Virus record (IMG/VR): IMGVR_UViG_3300028840_004168
Location: 65,911-129,910 of that record
Length of the DNA stretch: 64,000 bases
From: a virus
Reading direction: 5' to 3' (one strand)
The notes under the pieces are model-generated. The model worked only from the letters and a program-made list of their open reading frames with translations. It was not told the DNA's origin and did no database searches. How positions within the stretch are numbered: the first letter of the stretch is position 1; every line of letters starts with the position of its first letter. Shown here one piece after another: positions 29,348 through 37,369 of the stretch. Made by a program: the position numbers and the translations under genes.

Positions 29348-29597
29348 TGTAGCGCAATATAAAAATTTGTATAACACAAAACGGGCTGATATATGCACTT
29401 GTATACTCTGTAACCCTCTGAGAATCAGCGATTCCAGGCGGTCTGTATCATCGTCATACAGCCACTTTTCAAGTATACCTTGCTTTCTACGATTAACAGC
29501 GGGTTTGCGAGTGCTTGTAGACACGCTCTATTAGCCTATCTTCAAGTATACCTTGCTATCTGTGATTATAAGCGGATATTCAAGTATACTTAGACAA

Positions 29598-29624
29598 CAA
29601 AAAAAGCCTATCCGAAGATAGGCT
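29598..29624 (-). terminator. Intrinsic terminator
   Basis: AGCCTATC-TTCG-GATAGGCT followed by T-run on minus strand. Confidence 0.8.
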
Positions 29625-29646
29625 ATATCAGCAGGTTTACAGCTGT

Positions 29647-29757
29647 TTAGCGTGCAAGTGGTTCGATCAATCCATAAAAACATGCGTCTGACAATAGGTT
29701 AACTGCCTTGAATACCATGTAAGAAATAATTGAATAAGTAAAGATTTGTTTAACCAT
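29647..29757 (-). CDS. Small hydrophobic peptide (36 aa)
   Basis: MVKQIFTYSIISYMVFKAVNLLSDACFYGLIEPLAR; SD; just before terminator. Confidence 0.4.
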   Translation of the reverse strand: MVKQIFTYSIISYMVFKAVNLLSDACFYGLIEPLAR

Positions 29758-29833
29758 TGAAAACCCCCTTGAATAGCGAGTCTTGAGGGATAGCCCCAAG
29801 ACCCGCTGTTAATCAGTGTTTACAGATGTTTAA

Positions 29834-30223
29834 CTATTTAGCCTTTACTCTAATCACAGGCACTGTCTTTGCGTCTGTAATATCCCATATATCAAGATTA
29901 ATATTATTTTCTTTGCTTGCGTCAAGTGCATTTTTCCTGCTGACAGTGACAAAGTTTAATAATGATTTAATTTGTTGACTGGTAAAAGATACAAGTAATA
30001 AGCTATCATATCTCTGAGAAGTATTTAAGATCAAGTCGGCATTTTTAAAATCCCAGGTATGATTGATAATAATGCCGTTTTTAGTTTGATGTTTAATAAG
30101 GCTGGCTTTTAATTCTTTTAACTGTTTTTCTATTTCCTTCTTACATAATTCGAGATTTACTATTTCACTTGTTAGTTTGATAATATCTAAAGCCATAATC
30201 TTTCCCCTTGTAGGGCATGCCAC
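29834..30223 (-). CDS. Hypothetical early protein
   Basis: ORF in cassette; probable start MALDII. Confidence 0.55.
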   Translation of the reverse strand: MACPTRGKIMALDIIKLTSEIVNLELCKKEIEKQLKELKASLIKHQTKNGIIINHTWDFKNADLILNTSQRYDSLLLVSFTSQQIKSLLNFVTVSRKNALDASKENNINLDIWDITDAKTVPVIRVKAK

Positions 30224-30251
30224 ATTGTAGCATGCCCTTGTTAAAGTGTTA

Positions 30252-30536
30252 TTAAATGATTGCTTCTATATTTACCATGCCGTTATTCTTTGTTAACGTC
30301 AAGGTAAGATATGCTTTTCCGATTGCTAGATTAATCACTTTAACATTGTCCATTGATACGTTAAAGCAATCAACTGAATAAACTAATCTAGCAATTAACT
30401 GATTAATCTCTTTTTCGAAAAACATTGTTTCGATAATTGTCTGTTTGAATAATTGAGATTTAATACTTTGACCTATCAACCCGATATGTGGATTGACAAT
30501 TATTTTTGCTTTTTGTGTTTTGATAATACATTCCAT
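30252..30536 (-). CDS. Hypothetical early protein
   Basis: GGGG SD. Confidence 0.55.
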   Translation of the reverse strand: MECIIKTQKAKIIVNPHIGLIGQSIKSQLFKQTIIETMFFEKEINQLIARLVYSVDCFNVSMDNVKVINLAIGKAYLTLTLTKNNGMVNIEAII

Positions 30537-30551
30537 GTTAAAGCCCCCTTG

Positions 30552-30743
30552 TTATTTGGTTGATAATATTTTTTGTATCTCTTTTTTGTTGATAAGTTTT
30601 TCAAGATGAATCCTGCCTTTTGCTCTGATGATAGCATTATCACTTAATAGCATCTTATAAATTAAGTGATAGCTATCCATTAATTTAACCTGTTTCAATA
30701 TTTCTTTTTGGAGTCTTTTTGCTTTTTTAATTTCGTTAGTCAT
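30552..30743 (-). CDS. Hypothetical early protein
   Basis: First gene after promoter at 30786-30814. Confidence 0.55.
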   Translation of the reverse strand: MTNEIKKAKRLQKEILKQVKLMDSYHLIYKMLLSDNAIIRAKGRIHLEKLINKKEIQKILSTK

Positions 30744-30785
30744 TTTTTTTTCCTTATGTTTAAATGTTTTGTTAAAGTTAACTTT

Positions 30786-30814
30786 AACATATCATGATTA
30801 AAAACTACTGTCAA
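30786..30814 (-). promoter_or_regulatory. sigma70-type promoter
   Basis: TTGACA-17-TATGTT. Confidence 0.6.
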
Positions 30815-31121
30815 GCGTTTTTTTAATAATAATTCAATTATATTTATCTTTCTATGATTTAACCTATATCAGCCTTATGTCTGACTATGTTAATATATAG
30901 CTCTAATTTGCCCTGTGTTGGATTATTAATTGTTAATAGGGTAAACATACTTGACTATATAGAAAATAGCTTAGAATTGAAATATGGGACAATAGCTATA
31001 ATGGTATATTTCTTATATAGCTAAGTATACTTGAACATATATATTAATTATTGTATGTCTTATATAGCTAAGTATAGCTATCCGTATACGTGTGTGCGTG
31101 ATCGACCTGGAGTCTAATAGC

Positions 31122-31211
31122 ATCTGTCAAACCGTATATGTCAAACCCCTGATATGTAGCATCTGGTATCTGTCAAACCATGCGTGTCAAACCCCTGATA
31201 TGTAGCATCTG
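31122..31211. repeat. 46-bp-period tandem repeat, each unit with GTCAAACC-N6-GTCAAACCCCTGAT
   Basis: GTCAAACC at 31126, 31140, 31172, 31186; gtcaaacccctgatatgtagcatctg identical at 31140 and 31186. Confidence 0.85.
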
Positions 31212-31221
31212 AAGCCAAAAT

Positions 31222-31250
31222 AAAAAGCCCCTGCTAGATAGCAAGGGCTT
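31222..31250 (-). terminator. Intrinsic terminator
   Basis: GC-rich hairpin plus T-run on minus strand. Confidence 0.65.
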
Positions 31251-31286
31251 AAGCACTATAAGTGCTTACAGGGTGAAAGAGGGGCT

Positions 31287-31655
31287 TTAAAACGGTTTAA
31301 ACATCGGCACGTCAAGATTATGCAATCCAATGCCGACCACTACTCGGTTTTTATCTTTCCTGAGTTCAAAGGGCACGCCACCTGCAAAGAAATTGCGAGT
31401 AGTAAAGCACTTGAGCATACGTGCGTTTAATACGTGCTGGCATATTCTTTCTCTGATGTAGCCGTCAAGGATGATATCATGTATCGCCTGAATGATATCC
31501 TTGCCGATAGCATCATGGTAAGAAGCAATTGAGTCAGCAGGGTTCAACGGTTCACGTTTGAATATCAGAGTCATCAACATTACATTGCCGTCAATGATAA
31601 TCTCAATATCAGATGTTTTGCTATTGCTGATAAATTTTTTGTTTATATCTGGCAT
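31287..31655 (-). CDS. Hypothetical early protein
   Basis: ORF in cassette. Confidence 0.55.
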   Translation of the reverse strand: MPDINKKFISNSKTSDIEIIIDGNVMLMTLIFKREPLNPADSIASYHDAIGKDIIQAIHDIILDGYIRERICQHVLNARMLKCFTTRNFFAGGVPFELRKDKNRVVVGIGLHNLDVPMFKPF

Positions 31656-31712
31656 AGTTTGAAAATCCTTTCAGGGGGGCGATTTCAGCCCCCCTTGTTA
31701 TTCATAAAGCGT

Positions 31713-32036
31713 TTATGTGTGTGTTGTCCATGTGTCATCACTGTTCAATTTGATAACACCGTTAATTCTCGGAGTCCATTCTCTGAAGTCCTCAGAGTGC
31801 TGGACACAAAAGCCAATGCAGGAATCATACATATCACTGTAAATAACTACTCTGGAATACTTTTCCTGTTTTTCATTGCCCCACTGCATCAATCGATTTA
31901 AAGCACTGACCAAAGATAAACAGCACTGACAAGCTGACTCAGGTTCGGCATCTCTTTTAATAGACTCTGAGAATGCCTTTTGTAAATCACCGTTTGAGTC
32001 ATCAACTAATGAATATTTTAAAATGCCTTTTTCCAT
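31713..32036 (-). CDS. Hypothetical early protein
   Basis: GAAGGGA SD after promoter. Confidence 0.6.
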   Translation of the reverse strand: MEKGILKYSLVDDSNGDLQKAFSESIKRDAEPESACQCCLSLVSALNRLMQWGNEKQEKYSRVVIYSDMYDSCIGFCVQHSEDFREWTPRINGVIKLNSDDTWTTHT

Positions 32037-32090
32037 GCTTTTCCCTTCGGTTAAAAGTTAATATGTTTTATATCCCGTATCATGTGTTAA

Positions 32091-32142
32091 AGTATAATTG
32101 ACTTTTTAAGATTTGTCAAATGTTTTTTTCTGAAATTACAAA
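32091..32142 (-). promoter_or_regulatory. sigma70 promoter plus upstream palindrome
   Basis: TTGACA-17-TATACT (32119-32091); TCTGAAATTACAAA 32129-32142. Confidence 0.75.
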
Positions 32143-32144
32143 AT

Positions 32145-32168
32145 AAAAAAAGCCCCTGTTAAGGGGCT
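32145..32168 (-). terminator. Intrinsic terminator
   Basis: AGCCCCT-TAAC-AGGGGCT plus T-run. Confidence 0.8.
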
Positions 32169-32197
32169 TCTATGAAGAGATACGGGTTGAAGGGTTT

Positions 32198-32431
32198 TTA
32201 TTTTACTGGTTTGTAGCAGTTAACTCCGAGCTTAATGCCGTCAGTACCATCGATTTCATGGTTGCCCTTGCTACTGGCAATGTTATTTGACTTGCCAGAG
32301 CTTGACAGGCCGAGCTTCTTTGATAAGTCAATTTCGATTGTGAGCTTGTTTCCCTGAACTACGGTCTTTACATTACTTCCGATATTGCCGATAATTGCAT
32401 CGGCTTCTTTTTTGGTTGCTGATTTTGGCAT
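32198..32431 (-). CDS. Small conserved protein resembling bacterial MKNVEMKVEGNILTI...GPSSSGK-type hypotheticals
   Basis: NVKTVVQGNKLTIEIDLSKKLGLSSSGKSNNIASSKGN...LGVNCYK; start revised to MPKS. Confidence 0.6.
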   Translation of the reverse strand: MPKSATKKEADAIIGNIGSNVKTVVQGNKLTIEIDLSKKLGLSSSGKSNNIASSKGNHEIDGTDGIKLGVNCYKPVK

Positions 32432-32498
32432 AGTTTTGTCCCTCTCTTTTTTTGTTGGTTTGTTGGTTTTTATTTTTGTGTCCCGTATCATGCTTATA

Positions 32499-32527
32499 AC
32501 TATAATTCACTTTTAAAGATTTGTCAA
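32499..32527 (-). promoter_or_regulatory. sigma70-type promoter
   Basis: TTGACA-17-TATAGT. Confidence 0.7.
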
Positions 32528-32786
32528 GTATTTTTTTTCTTTAATTTCATTTTTTTTAATCCTATATATAAGCATACTTGATTATATATCATATCGACCT
32601 GGAGTCTTATTGCTTGCGCCTGTAGCGCCTTGCGCCAGGTATGTCAAGACCTGGAGTCAAACCGACTAAGTCAAACCCCTGATCTCAGACTTCTGACTTG
32701 CGCCTGCGCCAAGTCAAACCAAACAGCTGAAAAGCCTTATTGTCAAACCGTTACAGCCATTCCCCTGAAACAGTGATTATCAGCGC

Positions 32787-32814
32787 AAAAAGAAAGGGCA
32801 TCCGAAGATGCCCT
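32787..32814 (-). terminator. Intrinsic terminator
   Basis: AGGGCATC-TTCG-GATGCCCT plus T-rich run. Confidence 0.8.
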
Positions 32815-32836
32815 GTTGGTGGGAGTTTTGGGAAGT

Positions 32837-33145
32837 TTATACGAAGCGGAACTTAGGAACTTCATCATAAGGCTTCATTGCCTCATGTGCAAACTTGCAC
32901 AAATCTTCACAGCGCAAATCATAATTGCCTCTCTCGTAGGCTTTCGCCCAATTCCAGAGAAGTCTGGCAATGATGCCACCAAAGCACTGCTGCAATGTGC
33001 GATGGCCTTTTAAGATACCTTCAACAAAATCATCATTGTTAAAGGGATGGCAGTTGACCATGTCCATGACTGCCTTAGCTGCTACCTTCTGGATTTCTTC
33101 GAGATGCTCTCTCATGTTATTCTCCCCTTTCTTCGATGCAACCAA
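32837..33145 (-). CDS. Hypothetical early protein
   Basis: HRTLQQCF...YDLR; probable start MREHL. Confidence 0.6.
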   Translation of the reverse strand: MVASKKGENNMREHLEEIQKVAAKAVMDMVNCHPFNNDDFVEGILKGHRTLQQCFGGIIARLLWNWAKAYERGNYDLRCEDLCKFAHEAMKPYDEVPKFRFV

Positions 33146-33458
33146 GACAAAAAGCCTGATCGCCTTCGACTTTAAATTCTTCAGGTGAAAAAGTAAAAAG
33201 ATATGTGCTGCAAGAGTCGCATTTAATAAGGCGTTTAGCCTGCTCTGTTTCTTTTAATTCCATAGCTTTCCTTGTTGCTTTGTTGAGAGCGCTCAGCGCC
33301 TCTTGAAAGTCAGCTCCCAGTTCAGGATAATCATCTTTGATAGCTTTGACAAGTCCCTCTAAGCGATGTCTGGCGTATCCCATGAATATCTCCTGATAGC
33401 CTAAATCAACCTTGTCTCCATTTTCGAGCAGTTCTAATTGATCTTCTGTTAATGGCAT
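33117..33458 (-). CDS. Hypothetical early protein with C-terminal CxxC pairs
   Basis: Start revised to MPLTED with GAAGGGA SD. Confidence 0.55.
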   Translation of the reverse strand: MPLTEDQLELLENGDKVDLGYQEIFMGYARHRLEGLVKAIKDDYPELGADFQEALSALNKATRKAMELKETEQAKRLIKCDSCSTYLFTFSPEEFKVEGDQAFCLGCIEERGE

Positions 33459-33474
33459 AGTTTTTTCCCTTCTG

Positions 33475-33774
33475 TTAAAAGTTTGCTTCTGCTTCTTCTC
33501 TCCAGATGCCGTCAATGATATCATCATGATTGTTTTCCAGATACCATTCAACCACTGCATTCAATACAGGAGAATGCACGTTTACAGGCAATTCGTCATC
33601 ATCACTGTTTGTTGCTGAGTCAACGGTAAAATTTCCCAAGTCAATGGTAGGCTCTTCAGCTGGCTCTGTCATTGTCTGCCTGCAACCTGCCGTGATGCCA
33701 TACTCCAGGGTGATCTCAATGGCGATATTGCCTTGCTCGTTTCCAATTTCGATTGTTAAATTTGTTGTTCCCAT
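33475..33774 (-). CDS. Acidic hypothetical early protein
   Basis: GAAGGGAG SD after promoter. Confidence 0.6.
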   Translation of the reverse strand: MGTTNLTIEIGNEQGNIAIEITLEYGITAGCRQTMTEPAEEPTIDLGNFTVDSATNSDDDELPVNVHSPVLNAVVEWYLENNHDDIIDGIWREEAEANF

Positions 33775-33807
33775 GTTTAAGCTCCCTTCTTATGTGTTCT
33801 ATTGTTA

Positions 33808-33856
33808 AGTATAACAGACTTTCTATGATTGTCAAGTTTTTTTCTGTAATTACAGA
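33808..33856 (-). promoter_or_regulatory. sigma70 promoter plus perfect palindrome
   Basis: TTGACA-16-TATACT; TCTGTAATTACAGA 33843-33856. Confidence 0.8.
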
Positions 33857-34000
33857 TTATTTTTTTTCCTTATCAAGTCTGATAACAAGACAAGCACAAG
33901 ACAGACACAAGATGTAAACAAGACATAGACAAGCACAAGACAAGCCTAGTCAAACCATAGCTCTCAATGTTCTAGTCAAACCAGCAATGTCATACTTCTG

Positions 34001-34029
34001 AAAAAAGAAAGGCCGTCCGAAGACGGCCT
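34001..34029 (-). terminator. Intrinsic terminator
   Basis: GGCCGTC-TTCG-GACGGCC plus T-run. Confidence 0.85.
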
Positions 34030-34053
34030 CATAGAAGGGAATTAGAAGGGAAG

Positions 34054-34452
34054 TTATTCAGACATTTCTGCAGGATGTTTAAACTCTTCATTAAGAGCGC
34101 AGTCAAATATCTGGTAGAGATAATCTTTGATCATATCTCTATCTCTGCCTGTGATTCTCAGATCAATGCCATTGAAAGCAGGCTTGACGATTACCTTATG
34201 ATCTGTCCATCCGTCATACATACCATGTTCAGTCATATGGTGAAATGAAGTATCGATGACTACTTTGCCATCGTTTGATTTTTCAATGTCTATTTTGCAT
34301 CCTGAGTCAATGCCTGAGCCTGACGGCAATACGTCTCTCTCTATGTGCTCAAGCATTTCAAGATGATCGTCTGCCCACTTACTGCCTACTTTTACGCATC
34401 TGTGATATGCTCCTGCTGTTGATGCTATCTGTTGGATTACTGTTTTGTTCAT
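34054..34452 (-). CDS. Conserved phage hypothetical (LPSGSGID motif)
   Basis: VLPSGSGIDSG...FHHMTEHGMYDGWTDH; start revised to MNKT. Confidence 0.65.
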   Translation of the reverse strand: MNKTVIQQIASTAGAYHRCVKVGSKWADDHLEMLEHIERDVLPSGSGIDSGCKIDIEKSNDGKVVIDTSFHHMTEHGMYDGWTDHKVIVKPAFNGIDLRITGRDRDMIKDYLYQIFDCALNEEFKHPAEMSE

Positions 34453-34610
34453 ATTCTTACTCCCTCCCTTCGTGCCCATAAGTAAAGGCCTTCATCGTTT
34501 AATATCCAGCCTCTGCGCTCTTCATTGTTCAACCTGCAATTAGAGCAGACATTTTTAATATGTCTGTCTATCTCTTCTTTGTTTTCTTTGATAAATTCTC
34601 TTAACGTCAT
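34449..34610 (-). CDS. Small hypothetical protein (53 aa)
   Basis: Hand translation MTLREFIKENKEEIDRHI...WILNDEGLYLWARREGVRI; ATGA coupling. Confidence 0.6.
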   Translation of the reverse strand: MTLREFIKENKEEIDRHIKNVCSNCRLNNEERRGWILNDEGLYLWARREGVRI

Positions 34611-34623
34611 ACTTGCGCTCCCT

Positions 34624-34962
34624 TCATATAATTTTGTTATTTCTTTCTACCAAATCCCCCCAAGATGTAAGCAAGAACTGCTCTATATCTACATCATAAA
34701 CAATAGTCGGGCAGTAGGTTTCACCAGTATTGCAGTAAACATATCTAGCATCGCACCAGAACTTGTTCCATATATCTTCCTGCCTGATAACTTCTACTCC
34801 ATGAGTTTCCAGTGCTTTGTCGATTATATCCATAGCCGTCTGGATGCTCATGCCGTCAAGGTTAGCATTATGGATTGATGCTCTGACAAGTTTAGCCTGC
34901 TCTCTGGTAATGTTAAGTGATTCTGTTAATCTCTTGATACTTGGTGCTCTAAAAAATGCCAT
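34624..34962 (-). CDS. Conserved phage hypothetical
   Basis: YCNTGETYCPTIVY...TSWGDLVE; GAAGGGAG SD. Confidence 0.65.
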   Translation of the reverse strand: MAFFRAPSIKRLTESLNITREQAKLVRASIHNANLDGMSIQTAMDIIDKALETHGVEVIRQEDIWNKFWCDARYVYCNTGETYCPTIVYDVDIEQFLLTSWGDLVERNNKII

Positions 34963-34995
34963 GCTTTAGCTCCCTTCCTTATGTCGTTAAAAACA

Positions 34996-35045
34996 AGTAT
35001 ACTTTGCTTTCTATTGTTTGTCAAGTTTTTTTCTGTAATTACAGA
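34996..35045 (-). promoter_or_regulatory. sigma70 promoter plus perfect palindrome
   Basis: TTGACA-17-TATACT; TCTGTAATTACAGA 35032-35045. Confidence 0.85.
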
Positions 35046-35218
35046 TTATTTTCTACACTAACTTAGGCACATGTGCCCTAGCTTAGTGACCAAGCTAAGG
35101 ACAAGCTAGGACTAAGCTAGTGCTTGCCTAAGATTAGCTATTTTCTTAAACAGGAAAGCAGGCTAATTCAGGAAAGTCAAACCAGCTCTGTCAAACCCCT
35201 GATCTGATTCTACACAAT

Positions 35219-35243
35219 AAAAAAGCCAGCTCGTAAGCTGGCT
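35219..35243 (-). terminator. Intrinsic terminator
   Basis: AGCCAGCT-TACG-AGCTGGCT plus T-run. Confidence 0.85.
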
Positions 35244-35265
35244 CTGTGAAGGGAATAGAAGGGAG

Positions 35266-35505
35266 TCATGATAATCTTGGGAATTGCTTTCGGCCTATCT
35301 CCTGCACTCTAGGCCACCAGTCAGACAGGCTTCTGTAGTCCCTCAGTGCCTGGACTTCTTCAGGATAGCCAGCCTCTAAGAGTTTAAGGTGATAGCCGTC
35401 GGCGATTTCCATCGCTTTAGACAGAGCCGTCTTAAACCCTGAGTGCATGCGGTATTGCCACTTGTAAATAAACTCTTCTCCTGCTGTTAGTTTTTCTTCT
35501 GGCAT
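35266..35505 (-). CDS. Hypothetical early protein
   Basis: Start revised to MPEEKL. Confidence 0.6.
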   Translation of the reverse strand: MPEEKLTAGEEFIYKWQYRMHSGFKTALSKAMEIADGYHLKLLEAGYPEEVQALRDYRSLSDWWPRVQEIGRKQFPRLS

Positions 35506-35518
35506 AATTTTTCCTTTC

Positions 35519-35809
35519 TTAGTTGTTGTTAAGGTTAAACATCTCTTCCATATCAGCAGGGACAAAAACAACATTTCCATCAATGTCTCTTGTGACCTTG
35601 CCAATGTCTCTTTTCTCGCTCTCCTGTCCATCACTGCCTGCTGTGATCTGGATATGGAATTCGTCTTCGCCTGTGGCTTCATTAAACGTGGCCTCTACCT
35701 CTACGCCTGATTGCCAGCCGTTGATTTCAGCACTCATACCACTTTCTTTAGTGCCAAGCCTTGAAGCCTCTTTACGATTGCCTTTGATTTCTGCTCTGTA
35801 TTGCGCCAT
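35519..35809 (-). CDS. Conserved phage hypothetical
   Basis: MAQYRAEIKGNRKEASRLGTKESG...GW; GAAGGGAG SD. Confidence 0.65.
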   Translation of the reverse strand: MAQYRAEIKGNRKEASRLGTKESGMSAEINGWQSGVEVEATFNEATGEDEFHIQITAGSDGQESEKRDIGKVTRDIDGNVVFVPADMEEMFNLNNN

Positions 35810-35842
35810 GCTTTTTGCTCCCTTCCTTATGTCGTTAAGTTA

Positions 35843-35870
35843 AGTATAACACGACTTACAGGAATGTCAA
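35843..35870 (-). promoter_or_regulatory. sigma70-type promoter
   Basis: TTGACA-16-TATACT. Confidence 0.75.
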
Positions 35871-35879
35871 GCGATTATT

Positions 35880-35977
35880 TTAAAAAAGTTCGGGGCAGCC
35901 TGCCAAAGCCACCCCTACGATTGAAAGGAAAAAAACTATGTGCATGTTAAGTATAACATGCTTTGCAGGATTGTCAA
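35880..35977 (-). ncRNA. Candidate ~65-nt small RNA (or leaderless 21-aa peptide) with own promoter and terminator
   Basis: TTGACA-16-TATACT (35977-35950), then hairpin GGGGTGGC/GCTGCCCC plus T6 ending about 35882. Confidence 0.4.
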
Positions 35978-36012
35978 TCTTTAAGTCAAACCAAGCCTGC
36001 CAAACCCCTGAT

Positions 36013-36243
36013 CTAACTTTCGTAAATCGCTGGTGTCCTCCACTTGATCTCTATACCGTCTCCAAAGGCTTGGTCAGACTCTATAGAGCTGTTAGGCTGA
36101 TAATGATCTACCAGCTCTTGAAACTTGGCTTTAGCTGCCTCATCTGTAGACATTATCCACAAGCTCTCATCCCATTCACCATAGCTTGTTTCTAATCTCA
36201 AGATGATTAGGTTAGCATAATTTTCTGTCTCTACTCTTGGCAT
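36013..36243 (-). CDS. Hypothetical early protein
   Basis: TAATG coupling. Confidence 0.55.
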   Translation of the reverse strand: MPRVETENYANLIILRLETSYGEWDESLWIMSTDEAAKAKFQELVDHYQPNSSIESDQAFGDGIEIKWRTPAIYES

Positions 36244-36602
36244 TATCCCCCCCTTGCTCTCATTTCGTTTAGTATGCCCTCTGTAGGCTCCCAGTCTCTA
36301 CATAGAACAGTATTAGTATCTGCATCCACTTCCTTCTCATCATGCATACAGCCGTCTACACGGTCATTCCGACAAGTATTGCAATCCACCACGCAATCAT
36401 GATGCTTTGCTACCAAGTCCCTATAGATTCTTTTGCCGTTTGTTTCCAGAGTATCAAAGCACAGCGCTGGCGAAGGTCTAAACCTTATGTTAGCCAGCCG
36501 TCCGAATATCTTATACTCAGGCGTATTCTGCCCACCATGCCAGTCACAGGCGAAACAAAACCACGCTTCACAAATATCAAATCGATCAAAGTCAGCCATC
36601 AT
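36243..36602 (-). CDS. Hypothetical early protein with C-terminal Cys cluster
   Basis: FDRFDICEAW; CNTC...C...C. Confidence 0.6.
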   Translation of the reverse strand: MMADFDRFDICEAWFCFACDWHGGQNTPEYKIFGRLANIRFRPSPALCFDTLETNGKRIYRDLVAKHHDCVVDCNTCRNDRVDGCMHDEKEVDADTNTVLCRDWEPTEGILNEMRARGG

Positions 36603-36864
36603 CTCCCCCTTCCGCAGACTTCATAGCTATCTGGTATGCCTTATGCAGTGCCATGTTAGCATGTGCCAGCTGAGTTTTAATCTTGGCTATATCTTCCTCA
36701 TTAGCAGAGAAGGTATAGTCTATCAGGTCATCCCTGTTCTCTAGGATGTCTCTGAGAATCTGCACAGGCAGTTCAGCCTGCATGATGTAATTGATAATCT
36801 TGCCTCTGGTAATGTGCGACTTGTGTTTAGGACGCTTTGGTTTTTTCGGTATTGGCTTTGGCAT
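36592..36864 (-). CDS. Hypothetical early protein
   Basis: Start revised to MPKPIP (GAAAGGAG SD). Confidence 0.55.
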   Translation of the reverse strand: MPKPIPKKPKRPKHKSHITRGKIINYIMQAELPVQILRDILENRDDLIDYTFSANEEDIAKIKTQLAHANMALHKAYQIAMKSAEGGDDG

Positions 36865-36898
36865 TTTGTTTTTCTCCTTTCCTATCATCCTAAAATCA

Positions 36899-36947
36899 AG
36901 TATAGCTTGCTTTTCAAGATTTGTCAAGAAAAATCTGTAATTACAGA
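36899..36947 (-). promoter_or_regulatory. sigma70 promoter plus perfect palindrome
   Basis: TTGACA-17-TATACT; TCTGTAATTACAGA 36934-36947. Confidence 0.85.
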
Positions 36948-37079
36948 AATTATTTTAGCTAACACCAGCTTTTAGCTAAGCAGTGAAAGCAGTATGCAAG
37001 CAAGCCACAAGCAAGCTCCAAGCCCACTGCAAATGTAATAAGTCAAACCATTCATGTCAAACCCCACGTCTCAGACTTC

Positions 37080-37343
37080 TCATGTCAGAAGCTCCATTGT
37101 CTTGCGGTCTATCTTATGCTGTTCAGTGTATTCTGTCTTACCTGAACCCATCTCCTGTATGCCGAAAACCAGCTCTACGTCAATGATTCCATCATCACAG
37201 TCAAAGACAGTAGCTTCTGCAAAACCACCATTAATGTTTTGATATGGAGCGTAGGCTTCACCTTCCAGGGCATCAAGCACCTTGCAAAGCCTCTCCAGTT
37301 CGGACTCTGAGAAGTCCATACAAATTTTTAAATCTCTCTCCAT
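37080..37343 (-). CDS. Hypothetical early protein
   Basis: GAAAGGAG SD. Confidence 0.6.
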   Translation of the reverse strand: MERDLKICMDFSESELERLCKVLDALEGEAYAPYQNINGGFAEATVFDCDDGIIDVELVFGIQEMGSGKTEYTEQHKIDRKTMELLT

Positions 37344-37369
37344 AGTTTTCTCCTTTCAATCAGTTAATA

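Noticed and set aside
29234-31211. CRISPR array from the 38-bp and 46-bp repeats
   Set aside because: Only two copies each, no series of unique spacers, no cas genes.
35938-36195. Plus-strand 85-aa ORF with apparent SD
   Set aside because: Runs through a promoter and GTCAAACC elements and is antisense to 36013..36243.
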